A DNA stretch of 64,000 nt from an uncultured cyanobacterium (GTDB lineage: Bacteria; Cyanobacteriota; Cyanobacteriia; Cyanobacteriales; CAWCAG01), in contig CAWDOD010000011.1 in the NCBI GenBank assembly GCA_963803805.1, positions 448,001-512,000 of the forward strand, read 5' to 3'. The notes beneath the pieces were generated by a model. That model searched no databases. It was given only the letters and a program-made list of their open reading frames with translations, and was not told where the DNA came from. The translations under genes and the position numbers were made by a program. Of this stretch, positions 1 through 10,247 are shown in pieces. Numbering within the stretch: the stretch's first letter is position 1; every line of letters begins with the position of its first letter.

Positions 1-1676
1 AGGTAGAAATGTGGGGAGTCCGCGAAGCAGTAGCAGAACCTTTTTGGACAGTTTTCGCTGTCTTTTTTCCTGCTGTAACCGGTATTATGGCTGGGGTTAA
101 TATGTCAGGGGACTTGAAAGATCCCATCAAAGCTATCCCCAAGGGAACATTAGCCGCAGTAGCCACAGGCTATGTCATTTACATGGTCTTACCGATTATT
201 TTGGCTATGCGTGCTGATGCCCGTACTTTAGTAGAAGAACCCCTAATTATGCAACAAATCGCTTTGTGGGGACCAGCTATTCTTTTGGGGGTTTGGGGGG
301 CAACTCTTTCTAGTGCTTTAGGTAGCATACTGGGGGCCCCTCGTGTGTTGCAAGCCCTAGCTAGAGATGGAGTTTTGCCCAAGTGGATGGGATTTTTAGG
401 TCAAGGTAGTGGCCCTGATGATGAACCTCGCATCGGTACAGCAGTTAGTTTGGGGGTGGCGATCGCGGCGGTATGTATCAACAAGCTAGACTTAATCGCC
501 CCGGTGTTGACGATGTTTTTTCTCACCACCTACTTTGTCTTAAACATCTCAGCCGGAATTGAAGGTTTTCTCCAAAGTCCTTCTTTCCGTCCTTCATTTC
601 GCGTCCACTGGTCTTTATCCTTATTAGGGGCAGTGGGCTGTTTAGTAGTGATGTTTTTAATCAACCCTATCGCTACTGTCGCTGCTGGTATTGTCGTCCT
701 CGCCATCTATCTTTGGCTACAACAGAGGGAATTACGAACGGCATGGGGAGATGTCCGTCGAGGTATTTGGATGGCTTTGTTACGTAAAGGTATCTTTGAA
801 ATTGGCAATACAGAAGACCCCAAAAACTGGCGACCTCACCTGCTTGTTCTTTCTGGTATACCCACCAAACGCTGGCCTCTCATCGAACTAGCTGATGCCA
901 TTACCCATAACCGGGGTTTAATCACCGTATCTAGTATTTTACCTAGTAATAGTAGAAATGTTGCCCAACAAAGCGACAGTGAAGCGAAGATTCGGGATTA
1001 CTTAGAAAAGCGGGGAGTACAAGCATTGGTACGCTTAGTCACGGCCCCCGACCTTTTTGTTGGTGTAGAAAAGCTAGTAGAAACCTATGGTTTGGGGCAT
1101 TTGGTTCCTAACACAATTTTGCTGGGGGATAGCGAGTCTCCCAACCATAGGAAAAGCTATTGCAACACCATCGCCAAAGTACATCGTGCCAGACGTAATG
1201 TAATTATCCTGCGAGAGGCTAAAAATCGCCCTCCTGAAGCACCTTGTTTTGGCCGTCGCCGCCGCATAGATGTTTGGTGGGGAGGTAGTGTTCAATCTAA
1301 CGGTGGTTTGATGTTATTGCTTGCCTATTTGTTGCGTACTAACATCGATTGGCGGGATGCTACGGTTTATCTTAAGTTAGTTGTAGCAGATGAAAATGCG
1401 GCCCAAGCAGCGAAGCAAAATCTTGATACCATGGTAGCAAAGCTGAGAATTGGCGCTAATTCGCAAATTTTGGTTGCCCAAGGACGTTCTTTTGAAAGCA
1501 TTCTCCATGAATCTTCCCAATCAGCAGACTTGATTTTTCTCGGTGTTGCAGAACCTGATGAAAATTTTAGCCATTATTATGAAACCTTGCAAAGCAAAAC
1601 CGATGATTTACCAACAACTGTTTTTGTGCTTGCTGCACCGGATTTTGCTTTTGAAGAAGTTTTGAGTGATAGTTAA
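1..1676 (+). CDS. Amino-acid permease / SLC12-like cation-chloride cotransporter, probably 5'-partial at the window edge
   Basis: FAVFFPAVTGIMAGVNMSGDLKDP and KNWRPHLLVL motifs, many TM segments, CCC-type C-terminal domain; frame is open upstream of ATG 9. Confidence 0.9.
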   Translation, partial: VEMWGVREAVAEPFWTVFAVFFPAVTGIMAGVNMSGDLKDPIKAIPKGTLAAVATGYVIYMVLPIILAMRADARTLVEEPLIMQQIALWGPAILLGVWGATLSSALGSILGAPRVLQALARDGVLPKWMGFLGQGSGPDDEPRIGTAVSLGVAIAAVCINKLDLIAPVLTMFFLTTYFVLNISAGIEGFLQSPSFRPSFRVHWSLSLLGAVGCLVVMFLINPIATVAAGIVVLAIYLWLQQRELRTAWGDVRRGIWMALLRKGIFEIGNTEDPKNWRPHLLVLSGIPTKRWPLIELADAITHNRGLITVSSILPSNSRNVAQQSDSEAKIRDYLEKRGVQALVRLVTAPDLFVGVEKLVETYGLGHLVPNTILLGDSESPNHRKSYCNTIAKVHRARRNVIILREAKNRPPEAPCFGRRRRIDVWWGGSVQSNGGLMLLLAYLLRTNIDWRDATVYLKLVVADENAAQAAKQNLDTMVAKLRIGANSQILVAQGRSFESILHESSQSADLIFLGVAEPDENFSHYYETLQSKTDDLPTTVFVLAAPDFAFEEVLSDS

Positions 1677-1732
1677 AATTGCGCTTTGGCTAATGGCTAA
1701 TTGCTAATAGTTAGTTGTTCTAAAAATGATCA

Positions 1733-2632
1733 ATGTTTAATGATATTAGTCTTGTTATTTTAGTTGCTTTTAGTTTAAATATTAGTACTTGTCGTCTTGT
1801 CAGGGCAGAACCAATCGTCACACAAGATGGTAGTCGCTGTGAAGGAGAATTTGAACCCAATTCAATTACTGGCAAAGGAGTCTGTGAATATGAAAATGGT
1901 GATCGCTATGAAGGTAATTTAGTTGAGGGGAAGCAAGATGGACAAGGGATTTATGTTTTTGCCAACGGGGATAAATATAGAGGAGAATTTGTGATAGGAG
2001 AAATTTCTGGTCAGGGGGTGCAAGAATATGAAAATGGTCAGCGTTATGAAGGAGAGTTCCAAGCTGGTTTACCCCATGGACAAGGAGTTTATATTCTTCC
2101 CAATGGTGGCGGTTATCAAGGGGAATTTGTAGCAGGGAAACCGACAGGTAAAGGAATTTATATCTATAAAAATGGCGATCGCTGTTTTGGGGAAAACCTG
2201 CCTCAACTTAACGGGGTGGGGCAGTGTGATTATAGCAATGGAGATAAGTATCAAGGCCCTTTAATTGAGGGTAAACCTCATGGTGAAGGGGTCTATATTT
2301 TTAAAAACGGAGATAGGTATGAAGGGGAGTTTCAAGGAGGGAAGTTTAGCGGTTTGGGAATTTATACCTTTAGCCGTGGCGATCGCTATGAAGGGAATTT
2401 TAGCAATGCTCAATTTAACGGTGAAGGTACTTTTATTTCCCAAAATGGTGACCGCTGTACAGGACAATTTCAGGATGGTAATCTTCAAGGGCAAACGGTT
2501 TGTCAATATGCTAGTGGAGATAAATATGAAGGAGAATTTCGAGATGGCAAAAGAAGTGGTGTAGGAGTTTATACTTTCGTAGATGGCAAGACTTTAGAGG
2601 GGACTTGGCAAGATGGGCAGTTACAAAATTGA
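1733..2632 (+). CDS. Secreted MORN-repeat protein
   Basis: Hydrophobic N-terminus ending VRA-E; about 11 YEGxFxxGxxxGxGxYxYxNGD repeats. Confidence 0.9.
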   Translation: MFNDISLVILVAFSLNISTCRLVRAEPIVTQDGSRCEGEFEPNSITGKGVCEYENGDRYEGNLVEGKQDGQGIYVFANGDKYRGEFVIGEISGQGVQEYENGQRYEGEFQAGLPHGQGVYILPNGGGYQGEFVAGKPTGKGIYIYKNGDRCFGENLPQLNGVGQCDYSNGDKYQGPLIEGKPHGEGVYIFKNGDRYEGEFQGGKFSGLGIYTFSRGDRYEGNFSNAQFNGEGTFISQNGDRCTGQFQDGNLQGQTVCQYASGDKYEGEFRDGKRSGVGVYTFVDGKTLEGTWQDGQLQN

Positions 2633-2815
2633 TACCCAATCAGACTTCTACAGAGTCTCTAAGATTTAGGTTTGAGGGAATAGAGAATAGTCAACAGAGT
2701 TTAATGGCTTTTTTCTCAGTGTTATAGAGGCATTTTGTTAACCGGATTTGGTACAGTCATCATATTTTTCTGAAGCTAAGGAGAAGTTTCGTAACACTCC
2801 TCCGGTTGCTATTAT

Positions 2816-3154
2816 TTAGGTATTTTCGTCAATATAAAAAGGATTAGCGACGGTAATCAAGTTCCACTGTTGCTCTATATTTTGAACCAGAATATACCAA
2901 TTTGCTTTACTTGTATCAAATAAATTGCACCAAAAAGGCACAGTATAAAGGTTGTTGTCCCAGTTTTCTCCTAATGCTTCTATGATATATTGATCAACTA
3001 AAGAAGCATCAAAAGTATCGGTTAACAGTAAACTAAATTTTGCTAAGCAAGCTAGAGATACATTAGACAACTTCTTAGCAATTCTAACTCCAACAAGACT
3101 TTTTAAAAATGCAGAGATAGAAAGGGGATTAGTTAAAAGTGTTGTATTCATCAT
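2816..3154 (-). CDS. Hypothetical protein (uncertain ORF)
   Basis: 112-codon ORF in AT-rich DNA; no recognisable motif. Confidence 0.4.
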   Translation of the reverse strand: MMNTTLLTNPLSISAFLKSLVGVRIAKKLSNVSLACLAKFSLLLTDTFDASLVDQYIIEALGENWDNNLYTVPFWCNLFDTSKANWYILVQNIEQQWNLITVANPFYIDENT

Positions 3155-3421
3155 AGATTGTGAGTTACGGCTAGGGAGTATAAGCAGGTGGGATTAGGCT
3201 TAACTTTGTTGAATACCGCAGTATGCCTTTTCTCATTCTACTAGATATAATCACTTATTTTTATAAGTTTACCAATATATTATCTCAATCCAATCCTTGT
3301 GATCGCGTATATTTTTAAAAGCAGTTTGTTCAATTTACGTATTACTTTTTCAAGGGAATAGAGAACTAGGTTCTCTCCCTCGTCAATTAAAATCGACTTA
3401 ACTCCTTACAAATCTTGCATT

Positions 3422-4471
3422 TTAAGGAACCGACAATGTATAAACTTCCTGACAGAGATTAACATCATTAGCTACTTTTTCTTGACCTGTAGCTATGACA
3501 GCGCGAATATTAAATTCACAAACTTGAGAATTACCTTCAACAAAAGCCGAACGGCTATATGTACCAATGTAGCGATTGCCTAGAGGTTGGCTTAACCAGT
3601 TATCTCCCCAATTGCCTTCACTCGCAGGAGTAAGATAAACCTCCGTGATATCAGAACCACTTTGATTACTAATTTTGAAAACTACATCCGATACTTCAGC
3701 ATTAGGGCCTTCTAAGTAGCCTTGGGCATAATTAATTACACAAATAGTCCGAAAAGTCAAGTGAGGGCCGCAAGCAACCCCAGCAACATTAAATTCTGGT
3801 TTAAAAATACTAATTCTGTGGCCGCGATCAGGAACGCCATCGTCGATAATTAACTGCATAACTACCTGCTGTGCTGTTGTGGGGCCATAGGCGATATTCT
3901 CACCACTAAAGGAAGGAAAGCCGTAACGCTTCATTCTCGTTTGAGGATCACTACCGTCAGAGCCATCGTGTCCCGTCTTCCCGGTTTCACCCTGATCTCG
4001 AACATGATCTGCTGCCGATTTTGCTAAACCTAAAGAGGGTTGCAGTGGCCCCACAGGAGGTTGCTGACGTAGGTATTCAATGGCTTCTACCACAGCAGCT
4101 TTACCTTCTTGGGTAATTAAGTCTACCCCAGAACTAACACCGTTTTTTACGATGGTTTCGTTAGCAAAATCATCTAACCAAGCCTCCATTAAAGGAATAT
4201 AACTTTGGGGATTTTGCCTAACTTTATTATGTTCTTCTAAAATAGCTTGTTCGGCAATAGACCAATTGTTTGCCATAGCAGAGGTATTAGCATTCTCTCC
4301 TTGGGTGGCGTTAGGGTTAGAGGGATCATTTCCTAATACCTCCCTTGGTGAAGAGTTAATAGGGGGTAGTTCAGGAAATTCAGTTAAAGTGCAGCTTGAG
4401 GTTAAAGAAGCTAAACCGAGACTGATAGTAATTACAGTAAGAAAAGAAAAATGTCGATGATGTTGGGACAT
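3422..4471 (-). CDS. CAP/SCP-domain lipoprotein with an extra C-terminal beta domain
   Basis: Lipobox-like LTSSC; HNKVR, GHDGSDGS, GENIAYG, GHRISIF CAP motifs. Confidence 0.88.
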   Translation of the reverse strand: MSQHHRHFSFLTVITISLGLASLTSSCTLTEFPELPPINSSPREVLGNDPSNPNATQGENANTSAMANNWSIAEQAILEEHNKVRQNPQSYIPLMEAWLDDFANETIVKNGVSSGVDLITQEGKAAVVEAIEYLRQQPPVGPLQPSLGLAKSAADHVRDQGETGKTGHDGSDGSDPQTRMKRYGFPSFSGENIAYGPTTAQQVVMQLIIDDGVPDRGHRISIFKPEFNVAGVACGPHLTFRTICVINYAQGYLEGPNAEVSDVVFKISNQSGSDITEVYLTPASEGNWGDNWLSQPLGNRYIGTYSRSAFVEGNSQVCEFNIRAVIATGQEKVANDVNLCQEVYTLSVP

Positions 4472-4649
4472 AAGTTCTGAATCTAGATATTTGTCATAAA
4501 AGGAAGTCTTAGTTTTTTACTACCTATTTTTTTATCTACTTTCCGGCGTTATTGAATCTGGAGTTTGTTTATTAAAAACAATCATATAGCAACAGCCAAA
4601 GCTATTAGGACATATTTAAAGGCTCAAACCTCTTAAGTTTTGACTGGCA

Positions 4650-5945
4650 CTATAACTGCCATTGAAAGAAACCAACCAAGTTACCAATAATGCGGTTGCG
4701 TATAAAAGAACGCTTGCGCCACTCTTCTAAGGTTACACGCCTACTTTTTGTAAAAGCTTTCTCAAAAACTTGCTCAACATTTTTAACCAATTTTGGGTCA
4801 CTAGTAGAAATATCAAGTTCTTCATTATGATAAAAGCTACGAGGATCAAAGTTAGCACTACCTGTATTCACCCAATAGTCATCTATAAGCATTATTTTGG
4901 CATGAATCATACTTGGTTGGTATTCATATACATCTATACCAGCTTTGAGAAGTTCGCCAAATAGTTCATAGGAAGCATAGTAGACATACTTTTTGTCGCA
5001 ACGGGAACTAGTGGTTAGTATGCGTACATCTAAACCTGATTTTTTAGCTGCCTTGAGGAGTTCAATGGAATTAGTATCAGGTAAAAAATAAGGGCTAGCT
5101 AACCAAATCCGTTGGCGGCCGCAAATGATACTATTTTGTTTGAGGGCTTTGATGGGGGAAGAACGATAGGTGGGATTATCTCCTAAGCTGATCAAGATGG
5201 TTATGTTATCAGCAGGATAGGGTTTAAGCACTTGAGCGTCAAGATCCGCCGTACCACCACTATAAGTCCAGTGACTCATAAATATCCCTTCTAAAACCGC
5301 AACTATTTCCCCTTCTAAACGCATTTCTACATCTAACCAAGGTTCAGTATCATCAAATTTCTCCATGCCATCCCAATAGTCGGAAATGCCAGCCCCACCA
5401 ATTAAAGCGTATTTGCCATCAATAAGTAATAGTTTGCGGTGAGTTCTTCCTGCGTAGTTAGCAGGGGCTTTGGGGTCAAATTTATTGAAAAAGACTATTT
5501 GCACTCCCGCTTTACGCAAACGCTGCCAATAACGCTTTGGTAAGGTGTGGGTTCCATAATTATCGACAATTAACTGTACCTCAACTCCTGCGGTTGCACG
5601 TTCTGCGATCGCTGCGGCAAAATCATTGGCACGTCGCCCCGGAGTCATGAAAAAGGTTTCAAAATGGATGGTATGTTGAGCGCTTTGAATCGCTTCTAAG
5701 CGGGCGTTTTGAATCTGATCTGGTTCAGCCCAGAAATCGGTGGTGATACCAGAAGTAGTTAAGCAGTTGGAGATGCTAGCTAAGGTGAGAGTAAAGCGAG
5801 GTTCCCCTGGGTGAGGAGCATTTCTTACTCTATATTTAACCGGATCACGGAAAGCTCCTCTAATATAGAGACTTACTATGATAATGAAGACCAATGCTAA
5901 GATAGTCCAGAGTAACCACTCTAAAATTGAAATAAATATTGACAT
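4650..5945 (-). CDS. Phospholipase D family protein (cardiolipin synthase-like)
   Basis: Two HKD motifs (HRKLLLID, HAKIMLID); GSANFD; N-terminal TM. Confidence 0.9.
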   Translation of the reverse strand: MSIFISILEWLLWTILALVFIIIVSLYIRGAFRDPVKYRVRNAPHPGEPRFTLTLASISNCLTTSGITTDFWAEPDQIQNARLEAIQSAQHTIHFETFFMTPGRRANDFAAAIAERATAGVEVQLIVDNYGTHTLPKRYWQRLRKAGVQIVFFNKFDPKAPANYAGRTHRKLLLIDGKYALIGGAGISDYWDGMEKFDDTEPWLDVEMRLEGEIVAVLEGIFMSHWTYSGGTADLDAQVLKPYPADNITILISLGDNPTYRSSPIKALKQNSIICGRQRIWLASPYFLPDTNSIELLKAAKKSGLDVRILTTSSRCDKKYVYYASYELFGELLKAGIDVYEYQPSMIHAKIMLIDDYWVNTGSANFDPRSFYHNEELDISTSDPKLVKNVEQVFEKAFTKSRRVTLEEWRKRSFIRNRIIGNLVGFFQWQL

Positions 5946-5980
5946 TATACTTGCTAATGGTTGGTGACTAATTGCTACTT

Positions 5981-6796
5981 TTAAGAGTTTTGTAGTTGAG
6001 CAATTTGTAAAATAGAGAGAAATGATAGCTTGATACTGTTGCCAAAGTTGTTTTTTAGTACATCTTTTATACTAGTAAACAAACTATTTTGCTGCTTTGG
6101 CTCTAGGGCAATGTATGGTGACAAGGTGCTTAAAAGGGCGAGATAATTATCAAGACTATAGGTTGTTTCTGTAACTAAATGTTTTGATTTTAAATTATGA
6201 AAATAACCTGATTCAGTGACATTCTTGGCAATACCACTAATATTTTTGAGATGGGTTTCTTGATCTTCATATTTAGCTAAAGAAGGGGCTAGATTTTGAT
6301 AAATATTATGGAGTAATTGGTAATATATTTCATAACTTGGTTGTGGTGGTGTATTCCAAAGTAAAATCAAAAACCCAGATTCTTTTAATGCCGCAGCCGA
6401 TTTTTGACAGACAATTTCTGGTGAAACCCAATGAAAAGAAGTTGCAGCAAGTACTGCATCAAATTTTCGGGATTGTAGGGGCCATTCTTCAAAAGTAGTA
6501 TTAATAATCTCTACTTGAGGATACTGAAGACAGTTTCGTTCGGCTAGCTGACAAGCTTTGGGACTTGGTTCGACAGAAACTAGAGAGTAACCTAGTTTAG
6601 CAAAAATTTTCGTCGCCGTTCCGGGACCACAACCTATTTCTAATATTTTGGCCTGATCAGGAAGTGAAGCTAATTCTACAGCACGATTAACCAATTGAGA
6701 AGGATAGGCAGGTCTAGTTTTGTCGTAGGCTTGGGCTACTCCGCTATACCATGCCCTCCTCTCATCCGGAGTACAGTCTCTATACCAATTTGTCAT
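5981..6796 (-). CDS. Class I SAM-dependent methyltransferase
   Basis: ILEIGCGPG motif I; FDAVLAATSFHW. Confidence 0.9.
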   Translation of the reverse strand: MTNWYRDCTPDERRAWYSGVAQAYDKTRPAYPSQLVNRAVELASLPDQAKILEIGCGPGTATKIFAKLGYSLVSVEPSPKACQLAERNCLQYPQVEIINTTFEEWPLQSRKFDAVLAATSFHWVSPEIVCQKSAAALKESGFLILLWNTPPQPSYEIYYQLLHNIYQNLAPSLAKYEDQETHLKNISGIAKNVTESGYFHNLKSKHLVTETTYSLDNYLALLSTLSPYIALEPKQQNSLFTSIKDVLKNNFGNSIKLSFLSILQIAQLQNS

Positions 6797-6944
6797 TTAT
6801 CAATTTATCAATTAGTTAGTTATCAATGTACGGCTTTGTCGTTGCCGTTAGGCATCAATTATCAGTTATTAATGTTTGCCAACCAATCTTTTCGCCATAA
6901 CTGATAGAATTTAGTTGCCACACTTAACTTTAAGGAGGTTTGCA

Positions 6945-7334
6945 ATGGGGGCGAGTGAGGAATTTCAGAAACAACTGAAAGCAGGAAATATCGCCGAAGC
7001 ATTAGCCATTGCTGCTAATGAAGCTACTGAGTTAGAAATTATTACCTGGGTATCTTCTGGGCAAAATCATCAAACCCCTCTCACTTCTCCTCAACCCGAA
7101 AATTGCCTCCATACCCGTATCAATCTCCTTGATGCTGCCATTGAAAATGAAATAGGTAAGCAGTTTTTAGCCAAGGGGCATTACAGCGAATTAGAAGAAT
7201 TTCATCTCCAGCAGGTGAAAGAAGGAAGACAAATTGTGCAACAAAACTTAGAAAGCCTACAGCAAATTTATCTTGCCCTAGCGATCGCAACTTCTGAAAC
7301 TTCTCAATCAGAAAGTTTACCTCTTCTGGAGTGA
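6945..7334 (+). CDS. Hypothetical protein, member 1 of paralogous four-gene cluster
   Basis: AAGGAGG RBS at 6932-6938 before ATG 6945; similar to N-terminus of next gene. Confidence 0.8.
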   Translation: MGASEEFQKQLKAGNIAEALAIAANEATELEIITWVSSGQNHQTPLTSPQPENCLHTRINLLDAAIENEIGKQFLAKGHYSELEEFHLQQVKEGRQIVQQNLESLQQIYLALAIATSETSQSESLPLLE

Positions 7335-7496
7335 TGAGAAGATTGGGGGAAGTAATAAGTAATAAGTAATAACTTTTGAATATACTATTCCCCTTAGTCT
7401 ACGGTAGCGCTACGCAAACCCCTTTTCCCTTACCTCCTAAGATAAGCTAACTTAAGGGAAGATAGATAAAGTTTCCCATGCTTGGAAGATGATGAT

Positions 7497-9251
7497 ATGA
7501 CCTCAAGGGATGATTTAAGAGAGGCGATTAAGGCAGGCAAGTTAGCTGATGCCCTAGTGATGGCAATGAGTAATGCGGTAGAGTTGAACATCACTACCTG
7601 GATTACTTCAGAAGATAATAACTCAGAGTTAGCTAAGCAAAAAAAGCCAGAAAGAAGTCTGCGTAGTCAAATCAACTTAGTTGAGGGCAAAATCAAAAAT
7701 GAAGTAGGGGAACAATTTGTTGATAGCAATACCCATAAAGAATTGAAGCGGTTTCACCTCGAACAGGTATTGCAAGGCAATAAAACAATTAGAGATAATA
7801 TTGTAAGTTTACAAAAACTATTTCAGCTATTACAGGCAATCCAAAAACATCAAGGGGATAAAGCACTTTCTCAAGAAGCTTTACTAGATTTATTTAGTTC
7901 CACAGTTTCTAGTGAAGCAGAAATAAATCTAGTTTCTCCTGGGGCTACAACCCTAGAAGTAGAATCAGAAGAACCAGAGGTAGATGACGACTGGGATGAT
8001 TCTGTGTTGGATATTTTTGAATCTCTTCCTAATCAAGAAGCTTCAGATGATATTCCCTTTAGCCCTAATTCGGAAACGGAGTTAGTGATAGAAGCTTCGG
8101 GAAGCGATTTGTTGATGCCAACTCCAGAAATGCCAACTACTGATTTAGAAATAGAAGATTGGGAAGAAGCAAAGGTAGAATTTCAGTCTGTTGAGTCAGA
8201 GTGGGAAGATGAAACTACCGAAGAGAGTGTTTTGAGTTTAGATGATTTAGATGTTACCCCAGAAGAGGAAGAAGATTGGGGGGATTTATTAGAAGAAGAA
8301 GAATCTACATCAGCACAAAGATTAGTTGGGTTAGAGGAAGAAGTTGAAGTTGAGTTAGAACCAGAATTTGTTGTTAAACAAGAGAGGGATGCAATATCTC
8401 CTCAAGTTATTCAAGAGGTTATTGAGGAAGAGGAAGAGGAAGACTGGGGAGATTATTTAGTAACAGAAACTTCTGATAATCTAGAAAGTGTTGCTGAAGC
8501 GAGAGAGGATAATTCTTCTGAAATAGAAACCATTGAAGCAGAATCTGCGACAGTTATTCAAGAGGTTATTGAGGAAGAGGAAGAGGAAGACTGGGGAGAT
8601 TATTTAGTAGCAGAAACTCCTGATAATCTAGAAATTGTTGCTGAAGTACGAGAAGATAATTCTTCTGAAATAGAAACCATTGAAGCAGAATCTGCGACAG
8701 TTATTCAAGAAGCTATTGAGGGAGAGGAAGAAGAAGATTGGGGAGATTATTTAGTCGTAGAAACTCCTGGTGATTCAGAAATTGTTACTCAAGTACAAGA
8801 AGATAATTCTTCTGAAGAAGAAGATTTCTTTGTCACAGAAGCAAAAGCAAATGTTTTTGAATCTGAGTCCCTAACAGAAGATGATGATGAAGATTGGGGA
8901 GATTGGTTAGAAGAAGAAACTGATTCAATACCAGAGGAATTTGTAGAAATAACTCCTTCTGGTGTAACAACTTACCAAGCCCCCATTGTTCCTAACCTTG
9001 ACTCCTTAGACTTAGAAGATGATGATGATTGGGAAAAAGAGGAACAAACTATTGATACCTTTGCTGTTTCCTATGATGAGGCTACTTTGTTAGATTCAGA
9101 TTTTGAGGAAGATTGGGATGAGTTTTCTATTGAAGAATTAGAACCTTACTCTAACCTAAATATTGAGGAATCAAAAGAGCAACAAATGCCTTCGGAAACT
9201 GTTAAGGGCGACTTAAATCAAGATAAGGAAGATAAAACTAATGACAAATGA
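7497..9251 (+). CDS. Hypothetical protein, member 2: shared N-terminal domain plus long acidic low-complexity tail
   Basis: N-terminal ~120 aa paralogous to 6945..7334; E/D-rich tail with repeated EEDWGD motifs. Confidence 0.85.
   Translation: MTSRDDLREAIKAGKLADALVMAMSNAVELNITTWITSEDNNSELAKQKKPERSLRSQINLVEGKIKNEVGEQFVDSNTHKELKRFHLEQVLQGNKTIRDNIVSLQKLFQLLQAIQKHQGDKALSQEALLDLFSSTVSSEAEINLVSPGATTLEVESEEPEVDDDWDDSVLDIFESLPNQEASDDIPFSPNSETELVIEASGSDLLMPTPEMPTTDLEIEDWEEAKVEFQSVESEWEDETTEESVLSLDDLDVTPEEEEDWGDLLEEEESTSAQRLVGLEEEVEVELEPEFVVKQERDAISPQVIQEVIEEEEEEDWGDYLVTETSDNLESVAEAREDNSSEIETIEAESATVIQEVIEEEEEEDWGDYLVAETPDNLEIVAEVREDNSSEIETIEAESATVIQEAIEGEEEEDWGDYLVVETPGDSEIVTQVQEDNSSEEEDFFVTEAKANVFESESLTEDDDEDWGDWLEEETDSIPEEFVEITPSGVTTYQAPIVPNLDSLDLEDDDDWEKEEQTIDTFAVSYDEATLLDSDFEEDWDEFSIEELEPYSNLNIEESKEQQMPSETVKGDLNQDKEDKTNDK
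8406..8820 (+). repeat. Intragenic 147-bp (49-aa) tandem repeat, about 2.8 copies
   Basis: GTTATTCAAGA... unit starts at 8406, 8553 and 8700. Confidence 0.9.
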
Positions 9252-10101
9252 ACTTAAAAGGAATACTAATGAAGGAGATATTTCCCATTTTAGTTTACAA
9301 AAAAGTCTCAATAATTTTGTGGCTTCTATGGGTAATGTCCTCACGGATATTACGGCATTAGAAGTAAATACCATGGTAGTTGACCACATTAGTGGTGACA
9401 AGTTTATGCCTTGGAAAACTTATCAAGATATCTATGCCATTGATCGGGCTTATTTAAAACAACACGAGGTTCATCAATCTTTGTGGGAACCTTATATGGA
9501 ACTACGCAAAGAACTCGAACTTAACTATATGTCTCTTCTTGGTGATCCAGATTCTAGCTTATACAGTCCCCAAAAAGTATCTTCTATGAAAGGGGAATCT
9601 GAGGCGATTAGCGATCCGAATGGGACAATGGAAGAGATGGTTACAGGATTGCCAAATCCTTTCGATCAAGATAGTCCCAAAGAACAAGGAGATATCCGTA
9701 GTTTGTTTGCCGATAGTCGTTTCTTGCGCTGTTTGCGTAAAATGGGAGAATTGAAAACTGCTTTAGATAATCGCAACCGTTCCTTAATTGAAGAAACAGC
9801 AGAACATGAAAGTTATGTAGCTTCGGAAGTCATTGAAAATACGGTTAAAACTGATATTATCTATGCTCAAACAGTAATTCAGCTTGATGGTGATATTATT
9901 AACCGTTTTTCCGATAAAATATTCGATCATCCCCATCGAGATTTAATTCTACAAATCCACAAAATTAGTGTCGAAAATGGTGAAAAAGAATGGCGGGGTT
10001 TATTGGGATTTGTTATTGATATAGTCCAAGCTGGTTTAGAAAAAGGTATTGGTACTGGGCTAAATTTTATAGGACGTAGCAATAATTCTGACAAAAATTG
10101 A
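9241..10101 (+). CDS. Hypothetical protein, member 3 of cluster
   Basis: Overlaps upstream stop; TALEVNTMVV and AQTVIQLDGDIINRF motifs. Confidence 0.85.
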   Translation: MTNELKRNTNEGDISHFSLQKSLNNFVASMGNVLTDITALEVNTMVVDHISGDKFMPWKTYQDIYAIDRAYLKQHEVHQSLWEPYMELRKELELNYMSLLGDPDSSLYSPQKVSSMKGESEAISDPNGTMEEMVTGLPNPFDQDSPKEQGDIRSLFADSRFLRCLRKMGELKTALDNRNRSLIEETAEHESYVASEVIENTVKTDIIYAQTVIQLDGDIINRFSDKIFDHPHRDLILQIHKISVENGEKEWRGLLGFVIDIVQAGLEKGIGTGLNFIGRSNNSDKN

Positions 10102-10247
10102 TAATTGTAGTGGGATACCGCACCGGCGTAATGAAGTCGAAACAAAACACCACCAAAGTTACGCATCCGCAAGGGGACAAGGGGAAGGGAATGCGCACAG
10201 ATTGATAATTAAAAAGGTAACAAGGATAGAGAATTTTTAGTTGAGAT

